Below, one piece after another: positions 39,178-47,884 of a stretch of DNA of 64,000 bases. The stretch covers positions 10,391 through 74,390 of the forward strand of contig CANRAY010000001.1 of NCBI GenBank assembly GCA_947628735.1, given 5' to 3'. This DNA is from an uncultured Clostridia bacterium. Lineage in GTDB: Bacteria > Bacillota > Clostridia > TANB77 > CAG-508. The position numbers and the translations under genes are program-made. The notes below the pieces were generated by a model, which searched no databases, was not told where the DNA came from, and worked only from the letters and a program-made list of their open reading frames with translations. The number at the start of each line of letters is the position of its first letter. Within the stretch, counting starts at the first letter, position 1.

Positions 39178-42100
39178 CTATTTTGTATCATTTTCTTTTA
39201 TTTTTTTAACATAAAATATTACCTTTATTATAGCTATTATGATAGTTAATATATAAATAATACCGTATACATTAATTTCTTTACCTGTTTTTACACTGAC
39301 AATAACTTCTGCATTAGATTTATTGTCTTCTAAATTGTTATCTTCATAATTTGCTTCATTTTCAAATTCTTCAATTTCTGCTGTATTTTTCTCGTTACCG
39401 AAGTTCTCACTTCCTCTTTTCCAAACTAGAGTAATAGGAAATTCCTTTGTTTCTCCCACTTCTAGTTCAACTTCTCTTTTTAAATTTCCGTTTCCATCTT
39501 CTTTCCAATCTTTTGATGTTTTTTCAGTAGCAACAAAGTATTCTGGAAGTCTTTCTATTAAAGTAGCTTTACCAGCAATTTCTCCTGTATTACTTACTTT
39601 AATATTATATTGTATTTCTACTGTTGTATTTTCCATTTCTGAACCTACAATTTCAACTTTAATTAATTTTCCATCTAATACTTTCTGCTCTTCTCCATTA
39701 ATAATTGCTTTTGTAATGGTTTTCTCTACTGCGAAATTAAATATTTGTTTTCTATAATAATAAACAATTTCTTTATCTTCCTCTGTAAATTTTCCATCTT
39801 TATTACTTGGAATTAGCTCTTCCACTAAATTATAGAACGGAATATCTCTTGGCTCTGTTTCATAATCTTCTCCAACTTCACCAGTTTGTTCATCTCTATA
39901 AGGCTCATACTCATCTGTCTCTTCGTTTTTATGTAAAATTTCTTCATCTGTTTCAACATCTTTGTATTTTACAACAATCTTTCCTGAGACTTTCTCATAC
40001 CAGTAAATAACAATTTGTTCTTCTCTTAAAAATACACCTGTTTTATTTTCTGGTTCTGGATCTGCTGCTCGATATCCTGGTATACTTTTTCTTTCTGTAT
40101 CATATGGTGTTTTAACTTCTCCTTCTAAAACAACCTCTGTTTCTAGAACATTTTCTGTTTCTTTCTCTAAAAACTTAACAATAACTGTTCCTCTTCTTTT
40201 TTTATAATGATAAATAACATCTTTATGTTCATCTCCATATTCACCCTCTGGTTCTCCTTCTACCCAGTCTACTTCATAATCTTCAAATGGATCTCCTGTA
40301 CCAGGTTTTGTTTCATATGGTGTTCCTATTGGTTCCTCTGTATCTTTTGGTGGAATAATATCATTTCCATCTTCATCTACGTGCCTTTCTGTTAATGTTC
40401 CTTTTTGTTTTACATAATAGTATATTACCTCATCCACTCCATCTGGTAATACACCTGTTTCATTTCCTTTAACACTATCATATACATATCCAGGAATTTC
40501 TTTTTGATCTGTTGGTCCATAAGGATCTCCAGCATTTCCATTTATTTCATATTGATAAGTTTTCTCTACTCCATCTTCTTCGTAAGTAATTTCTTCACCT
40601 GTGTCTTTATCTACATAATGTACAACTACTTTTCCTGGAAGATCAAAAAATGTTTCAGCATCATCTTCTACTGTATTTTTTTCTTCTGTTTCATAGAACT
40701 CTATTGTTCCTGAAACATAATTTATCATTCTCTTATCATTAAAATTCAAATCTTTAAATACTACTGTTATATCTTTGCTAAATGATATTTCATGTTCTCC
40801 GTTTGGCTCTTTAGAAGTATCAATATCATTTAATTCTATCTCCCATGTAATAGATGGTTTTAGATCCTCATAAACTCCATCAAAAGTAGATTTACTTTCA
40901 TCTATATGATATGGCAAAATATCAGTTACAATTAACTTAGCATCTCCCTTATAGTCTTTTACTATAGCATGATATTCAATATGATAAGTTACTGGTTCAT
41001 CAGATTTTTTAACTACTGTTGGCCCTGTTTTTGTTATTTCTGCTTCTAAATCCCTATTCACAAGCCAATAATTATTAGTTATTTCAATAACATCATTTGC
41101 AAGTACGATACTAGGTGTCTCATAGGCATCTAGTTCACCATCTTGTGTAGGTTTTTCTTCTATACTATATATAATTTCTATTCCTTGTTGTGTATATTTT
41201 TGTAAATTTTCAAATGAAGCTCTCCAACTATTATCATCATTTAGAACTTTCTCTTGTCCAGTATGCATTCCATTAGAAAGTAGTTCTACAGTTACACTAT
41301 TAGGTCTTTTTCCTTTTTTATTTCCATTATCATTCCATTTTTTTATTACTTCTTTTGTTACAAGATAGTTTTGTTCTACCTCTTCTGTATCTGTATCTTC
41401 TTCTGTAATTCTTTCTCCTCCAGGATCATCTGGATAATTGCTTGGATAATATAATGTTACTGTAGCATCAACAATATTTATTAATGTTTCTGCTTTATTT
41501 TGTCCAACATATACAAATTCTATATCTTTTTCAATTGTTTCTGTATATGGTTTATTTGTTGCAAATGTATCAATATTTCTTTCTTCTTCCCAAGTAATTG
41601 TTCTAGTTATTTTATCATATTTTCCACCATTCAATTTTGTTTTCTCAGATTGAATATCTATATCAGCTGGTAAAATATCTTTAATTATAATTTTAGCTTT
41701 TCCTTTATATGAATCTATTTCAACAGTTTGTTTAATATGATATTTAACAACTCCATCTTCTTTAGTTAAAACTGCAACATTGTCTCTTACACTATCTGCT
41801 TCTGCAGTTTTCTCTACATTTGTTTTTACACTAACATCCTTTAATGTATAGTAGTAAATAACAACTTGCTCTTCCTCTGTATAAGTTCCACTTTGTGGAG
41901 TTGGGTTTTTACATTCATAATTTGGATCAACTTCACTTGATGGACTTGTATCAAAGTTTTCTCCTATAACACCTGTTTTTTCTGAATCTGGTGCTAGACT
42001 ATCTGTAGTAGCTCCAAGATCACCCTTTGATTCATCCCAGAAATAATGGTGAACAACCACCTTTCCTGGTAATTCTACTTTAACACTTGCATCATCTTTC

Positions 42101-45100
42101 TTTTCATCTCCAGGCACTGTAACTTCATATTCATCTGGATGTTCTGGATCTGTACTCTTTTGCAATAAATCAATTTTACCTGTTGCTGTATTATCTATTG
42201 TTGCATTTACAACATTTGATGGATAAATATATTTTAATGTAATATTTTTAGTAATTGTAATTACTTGTTCGTCATTATCCTCATTGTAAGTATTAACATC
42301 TACTAATGGAATATCCCAACTAATTGTATTAGTATCTGAATCAAAATGTCCTCCTTCATCTAGGTTTGAATTAGATACATCTATTGGATATGGTAATTTA
42401 TCAGTTAATGTAATTTTAGCCTTACCAACAAAATCTCTAACAGTAGCAGTATATGTTATTGTATAAGAAATTTTTGTTTCTTTGCTAGTAACTTTTTCTG
42501 TAGTTGTAGTTTTAGTAATAGTATCATCTATACTTATATCTGGTTTTTCATAAGGCGTATCTACTTCATTTGTTGATTCATCTGTAACTATTGCGACATT
42601 TTTTATAGTACCATTTTCAGGTTTATAATTAACTATAACTGTAAATTTTAATCTCACTTCTGAATTAGCTTTAATTTCTGAAACTAACCAATGAATAATT
42701 TTACCATCCGTAATTTTACCGTCATTTTCTATTGTTTTCTTTGATGTACCATCTGGTATAACATCTGTTACAGTAATATTATTAGCAGATATTTCACTTA
42801 AGTTTTTAATAACAATTGTATATTCAATTTCATCTCCTGCTGTAACTGCATCTTCACTAATATCTTCTGTTGTTTTCTTTATAAGTTTAGCTTCCTTATA
42901 AAATTTAATAATTGGTGTTTTTACTGGTCCTACAGGTATTTCTTCTTCTTCCTCTTCATCCTCTGTTGGTGGTACTTTGACCATACCTGTATTCGTAATA
43001 GTAACTTGTCCTTTTCCTTCTTGTACAGTATCTACTGTAACTTTAAATTCAACTGTAGATGTAGTTCCTTTTTTTACATGAACTGAAATTCCAGTTTGTA
43101 GATTTGTTTCATCATATGCTTGTGGTGATACTACTCCATCTATAGTTACTTTAATACTTCCTGGAACCAAAGTAGTTCCTTCTGGTACTGTATCAGATAC
43201 AGTTACATCACTATCGCTCATTCCAGTATTTGTAATATTAATCTTATAAGTAAGTTGCTCACCTTCAATTGCATAATTATGTCCATATTGTGTAGTTACA
43301 GTTTTATTAGCATTAATAATAGCATCTCCAGCAGCATTTTCTATTATAACATACACCTCTGGCATATTTTCAAAGTCATCTGCACCTTTTATACTAACTT
43401 TACTATTATCTAAGTTTTGAAGTTCACTTACTTCTAGGACTTTCGTATTAGCATTTCTATTAACTTTTAATTTATGTTCCTTTGTATTTAATTTATATAT
43501 GCTTTCTCCAACTCTATCTTGAACAATTTTCCATGTATCAGCATATAGTTCTTTCCAAGCTATCGATCCTTCTGGTGCATTTTTTTGATCACCATTTGTA
43601 TATTGATCAGAACCTGTTAAAGTAAAATCAGACCCTTTTATTAAAGTTTCTTCATCCTTTACTTTATTAATAACAGTAAGATTATATTTGTACAAATTTT
43701 GAATGTCCAAATAAACAATATTTGTATTTTCTCCATTTCTTACTGCTTTAACAAATCCATTTGCATTTCCACCTGGTTGATTATCATCATCTAATATTTG
43801 TAATTCATAAGTTCCATTATTATATACAACACGGAATTTAATTTCATTTGTATCTAAAATATAAGGACTACTAATATCTTTTTGATGAATAACATAAATT
43901 CCATCAACATATAAACCGCTATATTGTGCTATGGTGTTTCCTACTTTTTTAGCATCTCCATAAGTATCTCCATACTTTTCACCCTTAATTTCTATTGTTG
44001 CAGATGCATTTGTAATTTGTGGTGTTGCGTTTTTTATAGTAGATTGAGTGTTATATTTATAATCATTAATAATAAGATTATATTTTTTTCCTGAGCCTAT
44101 TTGAACACCTACTTTATCTGTTTCAGTTGAACGACCCGCAGCACCTACTGCATCAAAATATATAGCATGGGTTGCATACGTAATATCTCCATAATTTACA
44201 TTTGCAGGTAAATTAACATCATAATAAAGAACTTCTCTTGTTTTAGCCGCAATTTGGTTGCTTCCAAAATCAATCATATATGATTTTACACGAGACCAAT
44301 CTGGGTTTTGAATCCAAACACTATCACCTGAAGTACCTTTTGTATCATCTTTTGTTGCATTTTCATTATACGAATAATAAACTGTATATTTTCCATTTAT
44401 ATCATTATAATCTGTTTTAATTCCTGCAGCATCCATAGTTGTATCTATTTTTGAGCCTAATTCTCTATCTGAATTAATAACATTTTTATTACCTGTAAAT
44501 GGTATTCTTCCTACTATTTTTACATTACTAATAGCAGATTCATAACCATTTGAAACATTTATGTTAATTCTTACTTTTTTATTTGCTTCCTTAGCTACAC
44601 TTGCCACATTTGGTCCTTCTACAACTGTACCAAGATCATCAAAATTAGTAACTTGTGTTGATGTATATAATGTATTTGATGTTGCATAATAAATTTTTAA
44701 ACTTTCTGCTCTTGTTGTTTCTGTTTTATTGTTATCATTATCTATATCATATATATCTTCTGCATTATCAGATTCTCTATTGTAATATTTCCAAAGATTA
44801 CATGCCTCATTATAAGCAAATATTCTTACAGTGTCACTATCTTTTCTACTGCTATTATTAATTAAAGATTGAAATTTTAAATATCCAACTTCTAATTCTT
44901 TAGTAATAACACCTTCTAGTTCTAATGTTAATATATATTTATTACCTTTCTTTTCAACCTCATGCTTTTTTATTTCTATATCATTACCATTATTATAAAA
45001 AGTAAAACTATTATAAATAACCTCCGTAAAAGTTTCTGGAAACTCTACAATGATTTTTGGATTAACCCAATTAACATAATCTTTATCAAGATACTTTTCA

Positions 45101-47007
45101 GTTCCATACAAAAAGATTGATAAAGTATTTGTATTTAATTTTTGCTCACTAAACGTATAGTTAGGTGCATCAAACCTGGTATAATACATACTGCTTCCTT
45201 CTAGATATTCACCAGCTACCGCATCACCATTGATTTTTACCAATTCCTCTTGATTAGTTCTTTTAATTAAACCACTAAATGCAGAATTAACATGTGTAAA
45301 TGTATCAAATAAATTTACATCATACGTACTTTTTAATATTGAATTATCTATTCTCTTAAAATTTTCTATTCTAATAATACCAACATCTACTGGTTTACTT
45401 GTTTCAATACGAATATGCTTTATTGGTTTATCTGAATCATAAGTTACAATTTTATTTACATCTTCATAAGTAATTTGTTTTATTTTTTGACCCGTATCTT
45501 CATCATAAACATCTATATATCCACTTTCACCCAATACCAAAAATGCGGTACTATCAACACGTATTGCAGAATAGCTAAGAAATTGCTGCATATCATATAG
45601 ATTGTTATTAGAACCAGTAAAATGATCTGTATCTTTATTATATGCTCCTGATAAAATACCATCACTTTGAGAATATTTTTCAGAGAAAACAAATTTTTCA
45701 ATGCTCTCATCTATTAAATGATATCTTACTAACCAATCTACTTGATATCCTGCCTCTGCATTCTTTTCTTTTTCATAATAAATTCTACTATTTGCTTTTG
45801 CTAATCCATCTATATCTATATTGTACAATAAGATAGAGCCTTTAGGATTTTGTAATTTAAGCCAAAAAGTAGTCTCATCTTTAGTAGATTGAACATCTAC
45901 AATATTTCCAGACTCATCAGTTGAATATCCTTTTACATACGCTTCTGCCCTAAATTGAAAAACTTGTCCTGTAGCTCCTACTTGAGTAGCAGCACTTATT
46001 GGATATTCTATAATAATAGTAGGAGAATACTTATATGTATTAGTTATAACTTTTCCATTACCATCTGCATCAAGAGGATTTTCCATTGTAACTACTAATT
46101 TTCTAGTAGTTTTATTATAATCACATTTCATATGTTTTCTATATGCACTCATATCATTAACATATACATCTACTGGAGAACAATTACCCAACTGTGGTAT
46201 TGTAGCTTCAATTATTCCTTCTTTATCTGGTGCAAATATATATGATGAACCCGCCTTTTTTGTACTTAGAAAAGGATTAAAAATTATATAAACTTTGTTT
46301 TGTTTATGGTCTATAATATACAAGCTATCAGCTGAATATACTACAAATCCACTTATTTCGTTTTCAATTTCAATACTACCATACCAATCTATTCTAAACT
46401 GAATTTCTTTTCTAATGGTAGTTTCTGTTCCATTTGGATCTTCATATGTACCCGTAAATATTAATAAATTATCTTTACACGACAATTTATTTTTATTAAA
46501 ATCACTATCTTTTATAACTCCTTGTTCCATTGTTATATTAATTGTTTTTGTAGTACCATAATCTATAGTTGCAAATTCGATTTTATTTACAGCAACACTT
46601 TTTATATGTTGATCTTTTTCTATGTTATTTATCATCGTAAAGTTCTTAGATTGCAATTCAATTTTGGCATTTTTCAATTTACCTTGTGTTTGAACATTTA
46701 AATTAACTGTTAATTTAACATCTTCATTTAGTTCTTGCCTAAAACCTTTATATTTTTTATTTCCATCTAAAAAATACGCATCAAATGTAACATAGGGCGA
46801 TTCTGTTTTATTATCTTCTTGTTCTATTGGATCTAATCCCTTTGCCGTATTTGCAGCTTTGTAATTTTGATTACTTAATTTTATTTGCTGAACATCATTG
46901 CTAGTAAAATTATTTACTATACCAGTAATAATTAACATAACAGTTAAAATAAATATTACAGCCATCATGATTTTTATTTTTTTACGTTCTACCTTCTCTA
47001 AATACAT
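39178..47007 (-). CDS. Giant cell-wall-anchored surface protein paralog P2 (about 2609 aa)
   Basis: The order of parts is: N-terminal signal or anchor (IMMAVIFILTVMLIITGIV); a ~970-aa region shared only with P1 and P3; SpaA-like folds; two DUF11-type repeats (LTYKINITNTG..., IEYTIVIKNLS...); three isopeptide-D2-like modules; a Cna-B-type domain (KKWNDNGNKKGKRPNSVTVELLSNG, about 41150-41365); MucBP-like repeats (about 39745-40636, plus one further upstream); and a C-terminal SVKTG + TM + KKIK tail. I prefer the second ATG (47007), 7 nt after AGAGG. Confidence 0.9.
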   Translation of the reverse strand: MYLEKVERKKIKIMMAVIFILTVMLIITGIVNNFTSNDVQQIKLSNQNYKAANTAKGLDPIEQEDNKTESPYVTFDAYFLDGNKKYKGFRQELNEDVKLTVNLNVQTQGKLKNAKIELQSKNFTMINNIEKDQHIKSVAVNKIEFATIDYGTTKTINITMEQGVIKDSDFNKNKLSCKDNLLIFTGTYEDPNGTETTIRKEIQFRIDWYGSIEIENEISGFVVYSADSLYIIDHKQNKVYIIFNPFLSTKKAGSSYIFAPDKEGIIEATIPQLGNCSPVDVYVNDMSAYRKHMKCDYNKTTRKLVVTMENPLDADGNGKVITNTYKYSPTIIIEYPISAATQVGATGQVFQFRAEAYVKGYSTDESGNIVDVQSTKDETTFWLKLQNPKGSILLYNIDIDGLAKANSRIYYEKEKNAEAGYQVDWLVRYHLIDESIEKFVFSEKYSQSDGILSGAYNKDTDHFTGSNNNLYDMQQFLSYSAIRVDSTAFLVLGESGYIDVYDEDTGQKIKQITYEDVNKIVTYDSDKPIKHIRIETSKPVDVGIIRIENFKRIDNSILKSTYDVNLFDTFTHVNSAFSGLIKRTNQEELVKINGDAVAGEYLEGSSMYYTRFDAPNYTFSEQKLNTNTLSIFLYGTEKYLDKDYVNWVNPKIIVEFPETFTEVIYNSFTFYNNGNDIEIKKHEVEKKGNKYILTLELEGVITKELEVGYLKFQSLINNSSRKDSDTVRIFAYNEACNLWKYYNRESDNAEDIYDIDNDNNKTETTRAESLKIYYATSNTLYTSTQVTNFDDLGTVVEGPNVASVAKEANKKVRININVSNGYESAISNVKIVGRIPFTGNKNVINSDRELGSKIDTTMDAAGIKTDYNDINGKYTVYYSYNENATKDDTKGTSGDSVWIQNPDWSRVKSYMIDFGSNQIAAKTREVLYYDVNLPANVNYGDITYATHAIYFDAVGAAGRSTETDKVGVQIGSGKKYNLIINDYKYNTQSTIKNATPQITNASATIEIKGEKYGDTYGDAKKVGNTIAQYSGLYVDGIYVIHQKDISSPYILDTNEIKFRVVYNNGTYELQILDDDNQPGGNANGFVKAVRNGENTNIVYLDIQNLYKYNLTVINKVKDEETLIKGSDFTLTGSDQYTNGDQKNAPEGSIAWKELYADTWKIVQDRVGESIYKLNTKEHKLKVNRNANTKVLEVSELQNLDNSKVSIKGADDFENMPEVYVIIENAAGDAIINANKTVTTQYGHNYAIEGEQLTYKINITNTGMSDSDVTVSDTVPEGTTLVPGSIKVTIDGVVSPQAYDETNLQTGISVHVKKGTTSTVEFKVTVDTVQEGKGQVTITNTGMVKVPPTEDEEEEEEIPVGPVKTPIIKFYKEAKLIKKTTEDISEDAVTAGDEIEYTIVIKNLSEISANNITVTDVIPDGTSKKTIENDGKITDGKIIHWLVSEIKANSEVRLKFTVIVNYKPENGTIKNVAIVTDESTNEVDTPYEKPDISIDDTITKTTTTEKVTSKETKISYTITYTATVRDFVGKAKITLTDKLPYPIDVSNSNLDEGGHFDSDTNTISWDIPLVDVNTYNEDNDEQVITITKNITLKYIYPSNVVNATIDNTATGKIDLLQKSTDPEHPDEYEVTVPGDEKKDDASVKVELPGKVVVHHYFWDESKGDLGATTDSLAPDSEKTGVIGENFDTSPSSEVDPNYECKNPTPQSGTYTEEEQVVIYYYTLKDVSVKTNVEKTAEADSVRDNVAVLTKEDGVVKYHIKQTVEIDSYKGKAKIIIKDILPADIDIQSEKTKLNGGKYDKITRTITWEEERNIDTFATNKPYTETIEKDIEFVYVGQNKAETLINIVDATVTLYYPSNYPDDPGGERITEEDTDTEEVEQNYLVTKEVIKKWNDNGNKKGKRPNSVTVELLSNGMHTGQEKVLNDDNSWRASFENLQKYTQQGIEIIYSIEEKPTQDGELDAYETPSIVLANDVIEITNNYWLVNRDLEAEITKTGPTVVKKSDEPVTYHIEYHAIVKDYKGDAKLIVTDILPYHIDESKSTFDGVYEDLKPSITWEIELNDIDTSKEPNGEHEISFSKDITVVFKDLNFNDKRMINYVSGTIEFYETEEKNTVEDDAETFFDLPGKVVVHYVDKDTGEEITYEEDGVEKTYQYEINGNAGDPYGPTDQKEIPGYVYDSVKGNETGVLPDGVDEVIYYYVKQKGTLTERHVDEDGNDIIPPKDTEEPIGTPYETKPGTGDPFEDYEVDWVEGEPEGEYGDEHKDVIYHYKKRRGTVIVKFLEKETENVLETEVVLEGEVKTPYDTERKSIPGYRAADPEPENKTGVFLREEQIVIYWYEKVSGKIVVKYKDVETDEEILHKNEETDEYEPYRDEQTGEVGEDYETEPRDIPFYNLVEELIPSNKDGKFTEEDKEIVYYYRKQIFNFAVEKTITKAIINGEEQKVLDGKLIKVEIVGSEMENTTVEIQYNIKVSNTGEIAGKATLIERLPEYFVATEKTSKDWKEDGNGNLKREVELEVGETKEFPITLVWKRGSENFGNEKNTAEIEEFENEANYEDNNLEDNKSNAEVIVSVKTGKEINVYGIIYILTIIIAIIKVIFYVKKIKENDTK
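39283..39297 (-). other. Putative non-canonical sortase recognition motif SVKTG of P2
   Basis: AGTGTAAAAACAGGT encodes SVKTG. It is followed by a hydrophobic helix (VYGIIYILTIIIAIIKVIFYV) and a basic tail (KKIKENDTK), which is the tripartite cell-wall sorting signal architecture. Confidence 0.55.
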
Positions 47008-47170
47008 ATGCATACCTCTTTGTTTAAAATTTATATTTAATATTTTATATTTATTTATATATATAATTATTAAATATTCAAGATAGCTATATACACTATT
47101 TTTACAGTATTATTACGGTTTTTCAGCTTACACTAATTATTAAGTTTTTTTTACATTTTTGTCATAGTTT
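47008..47170 (-). promoter_or_regulatory. 5' region of P2, with a weaker copy of the conserved paralog upstream module
   Basis: It shares TTACGG ... ATTATTAAG ... ACATTTTTGT.AT with the P1 and P3 modules. A possible promoter is TTGAAT (47081-47076)-N17-ATAAAT (47058-47053), but AT-richness makes this weak. Confidence 0.3.
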
Positions 47171-47306
47171 TTTCAATTATTTACCAAATTTCGCCACATT
47201 TAATGATTCCCTAGTAAATTCTATATTACTGTAAACTTATTAGTTGCATTTATAAATAAATTATAGTAGAATAAAAACGTTATTGAAATGAAAGGATTTA
47301 AAACAT

Positions 47307-47798
47307 ATGCCAGTTATTTTAAAATATTTAATTACATTTGGAATCTCTATGGTACCTATTATTGAACTAAGAGGAGCTATCCCTGTTGGCGTTGGAATGG
47401 GATTATCTTATTTTGAATCATTTATTTGTAGTTTTATTGGAAATATCATTCCAATTTATTTTATTGTAAAATTCATTAGACCACTTTTTGATTTTTTTGG
47501 AAGATGGAAAATCTTTAAAAAAATTATTGATTTCGCCACAGAAAAAGCAACTAGAAACATTGAAAACAACCCACGTTTACAAAACTTTACTGCATTAGGT
47601 TTATTTTTATTTGTTGCTATTCCTTTACCTGGCACAGGTGCATGGGTTGGATCACTAATTGCTAATTTTCTAAATTTACCACCTAAAAAAGCTATTCCAC
47701 CAATTGTAGCCGGTGTATTTACTGCAGGAGTTATTGTTTTATCAATTACTGCAGTTGCTGCTGGTGGTATTCAAGCTATTTTTACACATACAATGTAA
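47307..47798 (+). CDS. Small polytopic membrane protein of the COG2426 / small multidrug export-like family
   Basis: 163 aa with about 4 TM segments. MVPIIELRGAIPVG and LPGTGAWVGSLIA are characteristic of that family as I recall it. It is the only plus-strand gene between P2 and P3. Confidence 0.6.
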   Translation: MPVILKYLITFGISMVPIIELRGAIPVGVGMGLSYFESFICSFIGNIIPIYFIVKFIRPLFDFFGRWKIFKKIIDFATEKATRNIENNPRLQNFTALGLFLFVAIPLPGTGAWVGSLIANFLNLPPKKAIPPIVAGVFTAGVIVLSITAVAAGGIQAIFTHTM

Positions 47799-47808
47799 TT
47801 TAAAAAAT

Positions 47809-47856
47809 AAAGAACTAAGAATCTAGCCATATTTATGAGCTAGATTTTTAGTTCTT
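47809..47856. terminator. Bidirectional terminator shared by the small membrane protein gene and P3
   Basis: AAAGAACTAAGAATCTAGC-loop-GCTAGATTTTTAGTTCTT, between convergent stop codons. Confidence 0.65.
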
Positions 47857-47884
47857 ATGGTAAATATTTACTTATATTTCAATA

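Noticed and set aside
39667-39702. 36-nt run identical between P2 (39667-39702) and P3 (48371-48406), and a 37-nt run shared by P1 (about 868-905) and P3 (about 57961-57997), considered as gene-conversion tracts
   Set aside because: Each run encodes an identical peptide (NGEEQKVLDGKL; EIEFRIDWYGSI). With the strong A/T-ending codon bias here, identical codons are expected. The flanks diverge immediately, so there is no clear conversion signal without statistics.
47014-47884. Possibility that P2 and P3 are one gene split by a frameshift or assembly error
   Set aside because: P3 has its own complete C-terminal sorting signal and terminator. P2 has its own RBS, signal peptide and upstream module. 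An oppositely oriented gene lies between them.
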